Assembly: GCA_963742735.1 (NCBI GenBank)
Contig: CAVUMN010000004.1
Coordinates: forward strand, 800,001 to 864,000
Direction: 5' to 3'
DNA length: 64,000 bases
From: an uncultured Actinomycetes bacterium
Lineage (GTDB): Bacteria; Actinomycetota; UBA4738; JBBDTT01
Shown here: positions 7,824 through 18,116 of the stretch, in pieces
Numbering within the stretch: the first letter of the stretch is position 1
How the letters are laid out: each line of letters begins with the position of its first letter
The notes under the pieces: model-generated
What the model was told of the DNA's origin: nothing
The model's database searches: none
Seen by the model: the letters and a program-made list of their open reading frames with translations, nothing else
Translations under genes and position numbers: made by a program

Positions 7824-9501
7824 ATGGAGGAAGGCCGGCAGCACGGAGGCTGGGCGGTCGCCCGGGCCCTGAAGGCGCTGGGTCAGGAGCGGCTGTTCGG
7901 CATGGCCGGGGGGTCACGTGATGCCCGTGTTCGACGGATGCCTGACCGAGGGGATCCCGGTGATCGACACCCGCCACGAGCAGGCCGCCGTGCACATGGC
8001 CGAGGGGTGGGCCACCTCGACCGGCGAGGCCGCGGTCGTCGCGGTGACCGCCGGCCCCGGCGCGACGAACGCCGCGACGGGCATCGTGAACGCGCAGCAG
8101 GCCGGCGCGCCGGTGGTCGTGTTCTGCGGCTCGACCGCCACCCACCTGGACCACAAGGGCGCGGTGCAGCAGCTCGACGCGACCGCGCTGTACTCCCACG
8201 TCGCGAAGTGGACGCGGTACGAGCGCGACCCCTCGCGCCTGGCGTCGTCCCTGGCCGAGGCCCTCCACCAGTCCCGGAGCGGCCGCCCGGGCGTGTCCAT
8301 CCTCCAGGTCCCGATGGACGTCCTGATGGCCGACGCCGTTCCGCAGGCGCCGTGGGAGGCCCCGGCCGATGCCCGCGGCGCCCCCGACCCGGCCGCGGTC
8401 GACGCCGCCGTGAAGGTCCTGGAGTCCGCCGAGCGGCCGGTGATCCTGGCAGGCGGCGGCGCGCACTGGTCGCGGGCCGGCGACGCCCTGCGCGCGTTCA
8501 CCGAGCGGACCGGCATCCCGGTCACCACGACCAGCGCGGCGCGCGGGCTGCTGCCCGACATCCACCCGAACTGCCTGGGCTATCTGCTGCACGGCGGCAT
8601 GGCCGTGGTGGGCGGCGACGCGATCCTGATCCTCGGCTCGCGGTTCAACGCGAACCTCGTCTACGGCGGCCCCCCGATGTTCAACGAGGCCCACCGGGTC
8701 GTGCAGGTCGACGTGACCGCGGAGGGCCTCGGCGGCTGGAAGGCGGTCGAGGTCGGCATGGTCGCCGACGTCCGGCTGGCCCTGGAGGCGCTGACCGCGG
8801 CCTGGACGGCGCCGCCGGCGAAGTTCGACGAGTGGCGCGGCCAGGTCATGGCCGCGGCGGAGATGTCGAAGGAGACCTGGCGCGGGTACTGGGAGCACCA
8901 CCCGCCGGGCCCGGCCCACCCCGGCCGCCTGGCCGCCGAGGCCGTCGCGGCGGGACGCGAGGTGTGCGGCGACGACATCACGTTCGTGGCCGACGGCGGG
9001 GACTGCCTCGTGTGGGCGCTCTCGGAGTTCCCGGCCCTGCACCCCGGCTCCGGCCTGCAGACCAGCACCGCGCTCGGGACGCTGGGCGTCGGCGTGCCCT
9101 TCGCCAACGCGGCGGCCCTGGCCCACGGCCACCCGGTGGTCGCGATCATCGGCGACGGCGCCTTCGGCCTGGCCGCGATGGAGCTCGACACGGCGGTGCG
9201 GCACGACCTGCCGGTCGTGATCTGCGTCTCGAACAACCACGTGTGGGGCGACGTCCGCAACGAGGCCCAGAACTGGTTCGGGAAGGGCCGGATCGTCGCC
9301 GCCGAGCTCCCCGGGACCGACTACGCGGCGCTGGCCCGCGCCCTGGGCGCGCACGGCGAGCGCGCGGAGACGCCGGAGGAGATCCGCCCGGCGGTGGAGC
9401 GGGCCCTGCGGACCGGCGGCCCCGCGCTGGTGGACGTGGAGACCGACCCCGAGGTCATGTCCGACCTGCTGAAGGGCCTCGCCGAGATGGGGCTCATGTA
9501 G
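7824..9501 (+). CDS. ThDP-dependent enzyme (acetolactate synthase / 2-hydroxyacyl-CoA lyase family), frameshifted near 7910
   Basis: N-terminus HGGWAVARALKA...FGMAGG joins HVMPVFD if one G is removed from the G6 run at 7908-7913; RHEQAAVHMAEG and GDGAFG...NN ThDP motif. Confidence 0.88.
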
Positions 9502-9505
9502 CCGG

Positions 9506-11146
9506 ATGGCCGACCTCTCCTACGACGTCGCGGTCATCGGCGCGGGTCACAACGGGCTGACCCTCGGGACGTACCTGCAGCGGGCCGGCCTGTCGGTCGG
9601 GGATCTTCGATCTGGCGAAGAACATCGGCGGAGGGCGCGTCGACCGAGGAGGTCACCCTCCCCGGGTTCACGCCACAACCTGCACTCGATGCTGCACTAC
9701 TGGATCTCGCACGGCCCGGTGTACTCGGAGCTGGACCTGCCGGCGAAGGGCCATCGCTACGTCTATCCCGACGCCCAGTACGCGATCGTGTTCAAGGACG
9801 GCCGGTCGCTCGTCCTGTACAAGGACCTCGAGCGCACGTGCGAGCAGATCGCGCGGTTCTCTCGGCGCGACGCGGAGGCGTACCGCGACCTGTACACGCG
9901 CTTCGAGGCGATGCTGCCCGCTGCTCATGGAGGCGTCGTTCCAGCCGCCGATGGCGCCCTCGACCGCGGGCCGGTTCCTGGAGGGGACGCCGGACGGCCT
10001 GGAGCTGTTGCGGATGCAGGCGTCGTCTCCGCGGACCTTGTGCAACGAGACGTTCGAGTCCGACGAGGTCAAGGCGTGGATCGCGCTGATGGTGGCCCAG
10101 GCGGGCCACCCGTGGGACGTCGAGGGCGCCTCGTTCATGGTCATCGGCTCGTTCGCCGGCGTGCACGCTGTGGCCGTTCGGGCTGTCGGTGGGCGGATCG
10201 CGCGAGCTGGCGGAGGCCATGGGCCGCGGGTTCCGCGAGGCGGGCGGGGAGATCCACACCGAGTCCGCGGTCGACCGGATCGTCCTGGAGGGCGGCCGGG
10301 CCACGGGCCTGGTGCTGCGCGACGGCCGGACCGTCGAGGCCCGTCGCGCGGTGGCGTCGAGCGTCGAGGTCCGCCCCACGATGCTCGAGCTGGTCGGCGA
10401 GCAGAACCTGGATCCGGAGTTCGTCGCGCAAGGTCCGCCGGTACAAGTCGGACGCGATCGTGCTGTTCACCCCGCACCTCGCGCTGAACGAGGCCCCCGC
10501 GTACACGGCCGCGGAGACGAACCCGGACGTCGCGAACGCGTTCGCCGTCGGGTGGGGCGTGGAGTCCGACCGAGGAGATGGAGTCGCAGTTCGCCGACGC
10601 CCGCGCTGGGCGGCTGCCGTCCCGGCCGGGCGGGCATGAGCTTCGCGCCGACGGTGCTGGATCCCATCGCAGGCTCCGCCCGGGCAAGCACACCGCGTTC
10701 GTGTGGCAGCTCACGACGTATCACCTGCGCGAGACCGGATGGGACGACGCAAAAGCCGCGCTCGGAGAGCGCCCTGATCGAGGAGTGGCGCGCGGTACGC
10801 CCCGAACCTCACGCCGGAGAACGTGCTGGCGCGCTTCGACTACTCGCCGCTCGACATCGAGCGCTCCAACCCGTCGATGGTCGAGGGCGGCGCGGTTCAC
10901 GGCGACATCTCTCCGGACCAGATGGGCCCGTTCCGTCCGATCCCCGGATGGAACTACCGGATGCCGGTGGAGGGCCTGTACCTGTGCGGCGGCTCGACCC
11001 ATCCGATGGGCGGCGTGATCGGCGCCTGCGGGCGGAACGCGGCGACGGTCCTGGCCGACGACCTCGGCGTGGAGCGGTGGTGGAAGCTCCCCACCGAGCA
11101 GCCGGGCAGCGTGTGGGCCGCGCTCGCCCAGTCGCCCGTGCCGTGA
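9506..11146 (+). CDS. Phytoene dehydrogenase-like FAD oxidoreductase broken by many frameshifts (assembly errors or pseudogene)
   Basis: VIGAGHNGL, PGKHT and LYLCGGSTHPMGGVIGACGRNAA are spread over the reading frames of ORFs 9506, 9927, 10189, 10578 and 10823. Confidence 0.8.
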
Positions 11147-11844
11147 TCCTGCTGGAGACCCTGGCCCGCCGCTGGTATGTCGTCGCCTTCGTCCTGCTGT
11201 ACGTCGCGACCAGCGTGCCCGACCGGGGCTGGCGGGCGACGATCCGCTTCTACGTCATCGCCACGCTCGTCGCCTTCGCGGCCGAGTTCTCGAGCACCCG
11301 CAACGGCTTCCCGTTCAGCGACTACGCCTACACCGAGGCGACGCGCGGCGAGGAGCTCTACCTGTCGAACATCCCCGCGTTCGTCCCGTTCTCCTACGCC
11401 GTCATGATCTACGCGGGCCGCTCGCTCGGGGCGCGGCTGGCGCGCGCGGTCGGCGGGCTGCGGCTGGTGATCGCCGGCGCGCTGGCCACGATGGCCATCG
11501 ACGTCGTCGTGGACCCGATCGCGGTGCGCGGCGAGCAGTGGTTCCTGGGGGATCTGTTCGGCTACGCCAACGGCGACTGGTTCGGCGTGTCCTTCGGGAA
11601 CTTCGCCGGATGGGTCCTGGTTGCGGCGGTCGTCATCGCCCTGGACCTGCTGCTGGGGGGCCGCTCCGAAACTCAGCTCCCCCGCCGGGGTGTCCGACTC
11701 GCCGTGATCGTCCTGGCGTTCAACGTCGCGATCGGGCTGTGGATCGGGGCGACCCTCGCGGTGCTCGCCTCGGTGGCCGCCGCGGCGGGCGTGCTCCTGC
11801 TGATCCGCTGGCTGCTCCGGCCGCGGGTCGCCGTCTCCGCTTGA
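11143..11844 (+). CDS. Carotenoid biosynthesis membrane protein (CruF/DUF422-like)
   Basis: AEFSSTRNGFPFSDYAY, D..VDPIA and FGVSFGNFAGW motifs; multiple TM segments; GTGA overlap. Confidence 0.82.
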   Translation: MILLETLARRWYVVAFVLLYVATSVPDRGWRATIRFYVIATLVAFAAEFSSTRNGFPFSDYAYTEATRGEELYLSNIPAFVPFSYAVMIYAGRSLGARLARAVGGLRLVIAGALATMAIDVVVDPIAVRGEQWFLGDLFGYANGDWFGVSFGNFAGWVLVAAVVIALDLLLGGRSETQLPRRGVRLAVIVLAFNVAIGLWIGATLAVLASVAAAAGVLLLIRWLLRPRVAVSA

Positions 11845-11917
11845 GGGTCACCGCGGGGTCCGCGATTTGCACGGCCGTGGGCGGAGATCTCGCGGGGGAC
11901 GGCGAATATCTCCGACG

Positions 11918-13123
11918 ATGAACATTCCCCTGAACGCCCCCCGCTCCGCCCGCCTGGCCCTCGTCCTGCTGATGCTCGCCCTGACCGCAGCGCCCACGGC
12001 GGCAGCGGCCAAGCCGAAGGCCAGGCCCATGCGGCACGTGTTCGTGGTCGGGGCGGAGGGCGACAACCTCAACGTCTACGACGCGACCATGGGCTTCAAG
12101 AAGCAGACGGTCATCCGCAACCACGAGGTGGACCCAAAGGGCCTGAACATCAACGCCCAGATCTGCTTCTTCCCGCAGAGGTTCACCCCGGGCAACCAGA
12201 TCTGGTTCATCGCGGGCGAGGACACGGAGCAGGGCGGCGGCCGGCGCCAGGGGTGGGGGATCTTCCGCCTGACCGGCAGCCGGATCGGCAACTTCAGGGC
12301 GAAGATGATCGGCCGCCTCAGTCCGACCTTCCAGGAGCACGCGGTCAGCAACGTCGAGAACTACGGCTGCGGCTTCACGAAGGACGGGCGGGTCCTCACC
12401 ACCGACGTCGGCGACCAGTACCCGGGCTTCGACGGCAACGGCCAGCTGACGATGTACTACCCGCCCTACAACGACTTCGACGTGGACTACTGCAAGCTCG
12501 ACGTCGAGATCGCCACGGCCAGCGGGATGTACGTCGACCCGAAGACCGACGACATCTACGTGGCCAGCGCGCGCCCGGACGCCTTCCCGCCAGCGGTGTC
12601 CACGGGCGGGGTGTACCGATACTCCGGGCCGTACCCGAAGAAGCCGACGGCCGCGGCGGGCTGCGGCGCACAGGACGCCACCGGCGGCCCGATGGCCGAC
12701 GAGGTGAACAAGGAGCTGTTCATCGCGCCGGCGCCGTACTCGCTGAACGCGAGCGGCGTCGCCCGCTCGAAGACGGGGACGTTCTACGTGAGCAGCGTGT
12801 TCACCGGCCGGATCGACGAGTACGACGCGGAGGGCGGCCACCTTCGGTCGATCCTGGAGCCGCCACTGGGTGAGTTGCCGCCGTACTCCACCGGAACGCC
12901 CTACGGGATCGGTGTCGACTCCCGCGGGAACCTGTACTTCGCGGACCTCGGCATCGGGATCGGCCCACCCCCGGGGCCGGAGGACGACGCCGGCTCGGAG
13001 TTCGCGATCCGGTTCGACGCGGACGGCAACCCGTCGGAGCCGATCATGTTCGACGACGGCCTGGACTTCCCCGACGGCATCGGGATCCTCGAGCTGGTGG
13101 GCTCGAGGCAGGTCTACCCGTGA
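11918..13123 (+). CDS. Secreted beta-propeller protein (NHL/SMP-30-like), uncharacterised
   Basis: Signal peptide; TPYGIGVDSRGNLYFAD and GLDFPDGI blades; paralogous to the N-half of 20974..23631. Confidence 0.75.
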   Translation: MNIPLNAPRSARLALVLLMLALTAAPTAAAAKPKARPMRHVFVVGAEGDNLNVYDATMGFKKQTVIRNHEVDPKGLNINAQICFFPQRFTPGNQIWFIAGEDTEQGGGRRQGWGIFRLTGSRIGNFRAKMIGRLSPTFQEHAVSNVENYGCGFTKDGRVLTTDVGDQYPGFDGNGQLTMYYPPYNDFDVDYCKLDVEIATASGMYVDPKTDDIYVASARPDAFPPAVSTGGVYRYSGPYPKKPTAAAGCGAQDATGGPMADEVNKELFIAPAPYSLNASGVARSKTGTFYVSSVFTGRIDEYDAEGGHLRSILEPPLGELPPYSTGTPYGIGVDSRGNLYFADLGIGIGPPPGPEDDAGSEFAIRFDADGNPSEPIMFDDGLDFPDGIGILELVGSRQVYP

Positions 13124-14214
13124 AGCGCCGGCTCGCCCTCGGGCTCATCCTCGGGCTCCTCGCCGGAGTGGTGCCGGCCGGACCGGCGTACGCGCTTGGG
13201 GAGGAGCCGCTGTGCGGGCACGCGATGGGGCGAAACGTCAGGAAAGCCACGGCCAGGACGCTCCGGGTGGCGCAGTTCAACGTCCTGCACGGGCAGTCCG
13301 ACACCGGCGCCGAGACCCTCGCGGCGCGGCTCAAGCTGCAGATCGACGTGCTGGCGAAAGCGCGGGTCGACGTCGTCGGGATGCAGGAGGTCTCGAAGAC
13401 CACGTCGCACGGGCTCGTGGTGGAGCGGCTGGCCGACGGCCTGGCCAAGCGGGTGGGGGGTCACTGGTACTGGTGCTGGTTCGCGTCGAACCCGCACTTC
13501 CCGCTGGAGCCAGACGTGCAGCCCGGCGGGGGCGGCGGTCCGTTCTCCGAGGTCATGGCGACGCAGGCTCGCAGCGGTGAGGCCGAGTTCCGGGAGGGCA
13601 TCGCGATCCTCAGCCGCCACGAGATCACCCACGCCCAGGTGCTGCGCGTCCGTCCCCGGAGCTACGAGGCCGTCGTGTGCGTGCCTCCGGACCCGATCGA
13701 CTGCAACGCGGCGGGCTTCTTCGACTCGCGCTCGGTGATGTGGGTGCGCATCGACGCGCCCTCGGGCCACGACGGCTACGACGTCTACACGACCCACATC
13801 GCCCACGGCCTCACGCCGCTGTCCGACACGACCAAGCTCCTGCAGACGCAGGAGGCGCTGGACTGGATCGACGGCAACGGGCAGGACGAGGCGACGCCCG
13901 ACGTCTTCGTCGGCGACTTCAACTCCGAGGAGGGTTCGGCCGTCCACGACGAGGTGACCGGCGCCGGCTGGACCGACACCTACCGTGCGGCCAACCGGAC
14001 GGCGAAGGGCTTCACGTCCGACCAGGACCCGCTGGCTCCGAGAGCCACGGTGAGCTCGCGCATCGACTACGTGTTCGCCCGTCCGGGCACGTGCGGGTTG
14101 AAGGTCCGGTCGAGCGCGGTGATCGCCAACAAGGTCTACCGGGTTGCCGGCAAGCCGCTGTGGCCGTCGGATCACTACGGGCTGGTCTCCGAGATCGCCT
14201 GCGGTCGCGCCTGA
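13120..14214 (+). CDS. Secreted endonuclease/exonuclease/phosphatase (EEP) family protein
   Basis: Signal peptide; QFNVL, GMQEV, GDFN, RIDYVF and SDHYGL motifs. Confidence 0.9.
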   Translation: MKRRLALGLILGLLAGVVPAGPAYALGEEPLCGHAMGRNVRKATARTLRVAQFNVLHGQSDTGAETLAARLKLQIDVLAKARVDVVGMQEVSKTTSHGLVVERLADGLAKRVGGHWYWCWFASNPHFPLEPDVQPGGGGGPFSEVMATQARSGEAEFREGIAILSRHEITHAQVLRVRPRSYEAVVCVPPDPIDCNAAGFFDSRSVMWVRIDAPSGHDGYDVYTTHIAHGLTPLSDTTKLLQTQEALDWIDGNGQDEATPDVFVGDFNSEEGSAVHDEVTGAGWTDTYRAANRTAKGFTSDQDPLAPRATVSSRIDYVFARPGTCGLKVRSSAVIANKVYRVAGKPLWPSDHYGLVSEIACGRA

Positions 14215-14244
14215 TCACGATCCCCACCGGCTAGCATCGGTCGG

Positions 14245-15018
14245 GTGATCGAGCCCAGACGCGAGCGCCTGCGGTATCCCGAGCTCGACGTCTGGAGCGC
14301 GGGCGACGGCCCGCCGGTGGTCATGCTCCACGGCTGGGGGCTCTCCGGGCGCGCGTACCGCCCGTCGCTCTCCGCGCTCGGGGCCAGGGGCTACCGGGTG
14401 GTCGCGCCGTCGGTCGCCGTCCTGAACGACGGCTGGACCATGGCCCGGTTGGTGGATCGCACCGCCGACGCGCTCTACGCCTGTGGCGTCGCCCAGGCCA
14501 CGGTGGTCGGGCACTCCTTCGGGGGCGCCCTGGGCGTGGCCCTCGCGGTGCGGGAGCCCGAGCTGGTGTCCTCGCTGGTGCTGGTCGACGCGTTCGTCGT
14601 CTCGCCCGGGGCGCGGAACCTGGCGCGTATCGCCCTCCCCGGACCGCACTGGCGGATCGGAACCCTCGGCGCGACGGCGATGGCCCTGGGGCGATCGGCG
14701 GTCAGCGACGGCGGGCTACGGAGCCTGGCCCGCTCGGCCCGGTGGGTGCTGCGCCGGTCGCTGGAGGACGAGGCGTCCTCGCTCCGCGACCGCGGTATGC
14801 CCTCCGAGGTGCTGTGGGCGGAACGGGACACCCTGCTTCCGCTGTGGCTCGGGCAGCGCACCGCAGCCGCTCTGGGCGCGCCCCTCGAGGTGATCCCGCC
14901 GCGGCCGGACGGATGGCCCCTGGCGCGGGCGCCCGACCACGACTGGCCGATGCGCGCGCCGGCCTTCTTCGCGGAGCGCATCGACGCGGCGCTCCGCCGG
15001 CTCGGAGGTACGGCGTGA
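14245..15018 (+). CDS. Alpha/beta hydrolase
   Basis: LHGWG and GHSFGG nucleophile motif; TAGCAT-N7-GTG leaderless start. Confidence 0.88.
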   Translation: MIEPRRERLRYPELDVWSAGDGPPVVMLHGWGLSGRAYRPSLSALGARGYRVVAPSVAVLNDGWTMARLVDRTADALYACGVAQATVVGHSFGGALGVALAVREPELVSSLVLVDAFVVSPGARNLARIALPGPHWRIGTLGATAMALGRSAVSDGGLRSLARSARWVLRRSLEDEASSLRDRGMPSEVLWAERDTLLPLWLGQRTAAALGAPLEVIPPRPDGWPLARAPDHDWPMRAPAFFAERIDAALRRLGGTA

Positions 15019-15941
15019 CCGGCGCCGAGCCGCGCTGCATGGCGCGCCCGGGGGGCGGGGCGTGCACCCGCCGGCCCGCGCCCGGCAAGCCGTACTGCGC
15101 GGGACACCTGGGGCCGCTGCACGCCAGGTCGTGGTCGGACGTTCTGAGCGAGTGGGGCGGCGCGGCGAGCCGCACGGTTCGATCGCGAACGGGCCGGGGC
15201 GATCCGCCGCCGGAGGGGTTCGACCACGACCTGGTCGACGCCCTGCTGCCGATCGCCCTGCCGATCTACCGCTGGTACTGGCGCGTCGAGACCGACGGGA
15301 TCGAGAACATCCCGACCGAGGGGGCCGCCCTGCTTGCCTCCAATCACTCCGGGACGCTGCCCGTGGACGGCGCCATGCTGAAGGTGGCGATCCTGGTGGA
15401 GCACGGGCGCAACCCGTGGTTCCTGGCCGGCGACACCGTGTTCAAGTTCCCGGGGCTCCGCGAGCTGACCACCGCCGCGGGCAACGCCCGCGCCGACCGC
15501 GACTCGACCCTCGAGCTCCTGGAGCGCGGCGAGCTCGTCGGGGTGTTCCCGGAGGGGGAGAAGGGCCTCGGGAAGGGCTGGCGGCAGCGGTACAAGCCGG
15601 TGCGGTTCGGTCGCGGCGGCTTCGTGGAGCTGGCGATGCTCTCCGGCGCGCCGATCATCCCCACCGCCGTGGTGGGCGCCGAGGAGACGTTCCCGATGGT
15701 GGGCGACTTCCGGTTCCTGGCGCGGCGATTCGGCCTTCCGTACCTGCCGGTGGTCCTGAACCCGATCCCGTTCCCGTCGAAGTGGATCATCCTGTTCGGT
15801 GAGCCGATCCCCACCGCGCAGTACGGGCCGGAGGGGGTGGAGGACCGCCAACTGGTCCTGGAGCTCTCCGAGCTCACCCGCCAGACGGTGCAGGCGATGC
15901 TGCTCGACGGGCTCGCGCGTCGTCGTACGGCCTTCTTCTGA
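15015..15941 (+). CDS. Lysophospholipid/glycerolipid acyltransferase with N-terminal CCCH motif
   Basis: NHSGTLPVD, VFPEG and PIIPTAVVG motifs; N-terminal C-x8-C-x10-C-x2-H. Confidence 0.88.
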   Translation: MTGAEPRCMARPGGGACTRRPAPGKPYCAGHLGPLHARSWSDVLSEWGGAASRTVRSRTGRGDPPPEGFDHDLVDALLPIALPIYRWYWRVETDGIENIPTEGAALLASNHSGTLPVDGAMLKVAILVEHGRNPWFLAGDTVFKFPGLRELTTAAGNARADRDSTLELLERGELVGVFPEGEKGLGKGWRQRYKPVRFGRGGFVELAMLSGAPIIPTAVVGAEETFPMVGDFRFLARRFGLPYLPVVLNPIPFPSKWIILFGEPIPTAQYGPEGVEDRQLVLELSELTRQTVQAMLLDGLARRRTAFF

Positions 15942-15972
15942 CGCCCGAAGCCCGCGATAGGCTGCGCGGGCG

Positions 15973-17103
15973 ATGGAGTTCGACCTCGACGACGATCAGC
16001 GGGCGCTGCGCGACGAGGCCCGCCGGTTCCTGGAGCGCGAGGCCCCGGTCGGCTACGCGCGGGAGATGCTCGAGGACCCGCGTGGCTGGCGCGACGACCT
16101 GTGGCGCAAGGCCGCCGACCTGGGGTGGACGGCGCTGCCGTTCCCCGAGGACGCCGGGGGCCTGGGCCAGGGGTTCGTGGCCCTCGCGATCCTGCTCGCG
16201 GAAATGGGCCGCGTCGTCCACCCCGGGCCGTTCCTCTCGACCGTGGTGCTGGCCGGGCACGCCGTCCTCGACGCGGGGACCGAGGCCCAGCGCAAGGAGA
16301 TCCTTCCGGCGATCGCGGCGGGCGACCTGATCGCGACCCTGGCGTTCGACGAATCGCCGGCCCGGTGGGACGAGGCGGGGGTGTCGCTGGAGGCGCGCGC
16401 GGACGGTGGCCGGTACCGCCTGACCGGGGAGAAGCGGTTCGTGACCGACGGCGCCGAGGCGCAGCGGCTAGTGGTTGCCGCCTGCGGGCCCGACGGCGTG
16501 GGGCTGTTCCTGACCGAGGGCCGCGAGGGCGTGACCGCGACGGCCGTCACGGCGATGGACCAGACGCGCAAGGCCGCCGACCTCACGTTCGCCGATGCCC
16601 CGGCGGAGCTGCTCGGCGAGCCGGGGTGGGACCGTGTGCAGCACGTCCTTGACCGGGCGGCGGTGGCGCTGGCCGCGGAGATGCTCGGCGGCGCCGAGCG
16701 CGTCCTGGAGCTCTCGGTGGAGTACGCGAAGGAGCGGGTCCAGTTCGACCGGCCGATCGGGAGCTTCCAGGCGGTGAAGCACCGCGCCGCGGAGATGCTC
16801 CTGGACGTCGAGTCGATCCGCAGCGCGGTCTACTACGCGGCCTGGGCGCTGGAGCGGGATCACGCCGACGCGTCCCTGGCCGCGTCGATGGCCAAGGCGT
16901 ATGCGTCCGACGCCTTCCGCCGCGTGGCCGCGAGCGGGATCCAGATCCACGGCGGGATCGGGTTCACCTGGGAGCACGACATGCACCTGTACTTCAAGCG
17001 GGCCAAGGGCTCCGAGGTCGCGTTCGGCGACGCGACGTGGCACCGCGAGCGGATGGCCGGCCTGCTCCGGGGCCGCTACGCCATCCCGGAGGGCGCGCGC
17101 TGA
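15973..17103 (+). CDS. Acyl-CoA dehydrogenase, beta-subunit type
   Basis: QFDRPIGSFQAVKH, IQIHGGIGFTWEHDMHLYFKRAK; no GT.EI motif. Confidence 0.9.
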   Translation: MEFDLDDDQRALRDEARRFLEREAPVGYAREMLEDPRGWRDDLWRKAADLGWTALPFPEDAGGLGQGFVALAILLAEMGRVVHPGPFLSTVVLAGHAVLDAGTEAQRKEILPAIAAGDLIATLAFDESPARWDEAGVSLEARADGGRYRLTGEKRFVTDGAEAQRLVVAACGPDGVGLFLTEGREGVTATAVTAMDQTRKAADLTFADAPAELLGEPGWDRVQHVLDRAAVALAAEMLGGAERVLELSVEYAKERVQFDRPIGSFQAVKHRAAEMLLDVESIRSAVYYAAWALERDHADASLAASMAKAYASDAFRRVAASGIQIHGGIGFTWEHDMHLYFKRAKGSEVAFGDATWHRERMAGLLRGRYAIPEGAR

Positions 17104-17909
17104 TGGGCTTCGACTACGCGGGCAAGGTCGCGGTCGTCACCGGCGCCTCGAGCGGGATCGGCAAGGCGATCGCGCTGGACCTCGCGTCGCGGGGGACGAC
17201 GGTCGTGGCCCTGGCGCGGCGCAAGGAGCTCCTGGACGAGGTGATCGCCGAGGCGAAGACGACGGCACCGGAGAGCCGCGCGGTCGTCGCCGATATCTCG
17301 GACCGGGCGGCGGTCGAGAAGGCCATGCGGGCGGTGCTGAAGCGCCACGGCGCCGTCGACGTCCTGGTGAACAACGCCGGGATCCCCATGCGAAAGCACG
17401 TCTCGCGCCTGACCGTCGAGGACGTCGAGAACGTGATGCGCATCAACTTCTTCGGCAGCGTGTACGCGACGATGGCGCTGCTGCCGTCCATGCTCGAGCG
17501 AGGCTCGGGCCACCTGGTGAACATCGCGTCCGTGGCGGGGCGGCTGGGAAGCCCGCGCGAGGCGGCCTACAGCGCGTCGAAGTACGCGATGGCCGGATGG
17601 AGCGACGTGCTGGCCTCGGACCTGCTCGGCTCGGGCGTTCAGGTCCACCTGGTGAACCCGGGCCCGATCGACACCGAGATCTGGGGCCACGTCCAGGAGC
17701 CCCCCGCCTATCAGGGCAAGTTCTTCCCGCCGTCGGTGATCGCCAAGGCGGTCCGCAGGTCTCTGGAGACCGGCTCGTTCGAGCGGTGGGCGCCGAGGCG
17801 CATGCGCTTCGCCAGCTACTTCAAGACGTTCGCGCCCAAGCAGTTCGCCAAGGGCACCGCGAAGTACGACCGCAAGCGCGTCCCCGACCCGACGAAGTAC
17901 CGCGACTGA
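17103..17909 (+). CDS. Short-chain dehydrogenase/reductase
   Basis: TGASSGIG, NNAG and YSASK motifs. Confidence 0.93.
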   Translation: MGFDYAGKVAVVTGASSGIGKAIALDLASRGTTVVALARRKELLDEVIAEAKTTAPESRAVVADISDRAAVEKAMRAVLKRHGAVDVLVNNAGIPMRKHVSRLTVEDVENVMRINFFGSVYATMALLPSMLERGSGHLVNIASVAGRLGSPREAAYSASKYAMAGWSDVLASDLLGSGVQVHLVNPGPIDTEIWGHVQEPPAYQGKFFPPSVIAKAVRRSLETGSFERWAPRRMRFASYFKTFAPKQFAKGTAKYDRKRVPDPTKYRD

Positions 17910-18116
17910 CTCACTGCGCGATCTGGTACCAGAGCGTTTCCCGGAAGAGATGGAGCACGGGACCGCGCCCGATCGTCCTATCGGAGGCGTTTGGGAGGTG
18001 GGAGCGAGAACTGTCCTCGGACCGATGACGCCTGATGTCGACGGGTGCCGCTCAAACCGCTCACCTGCGGCTACGGGGGTTGCGGTTCGACGCGCCGAAC
18101 GCGACAGTCTGGAGGG

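Noticed and set aside
4801-9501. Canonical ilvB-ilvC operon
   Set aside because: No ilvN, and both enzymes diverge from biosynthetic motifs, so no gene symbols were assigned
9506-11844. Complete carotenoid gene cluster
   Set aside because: No crtB, crtE or cyclase gene; the oxidoreductase has the generic GAGHNGL phytoene-dehydrogenase-like signature
13120-14214. Defence nuclease or retroelement endonuclease
   Set aside because: It has a signal peptide and no RT or defence neighbours, so a secreted phosphoesterase is more likely
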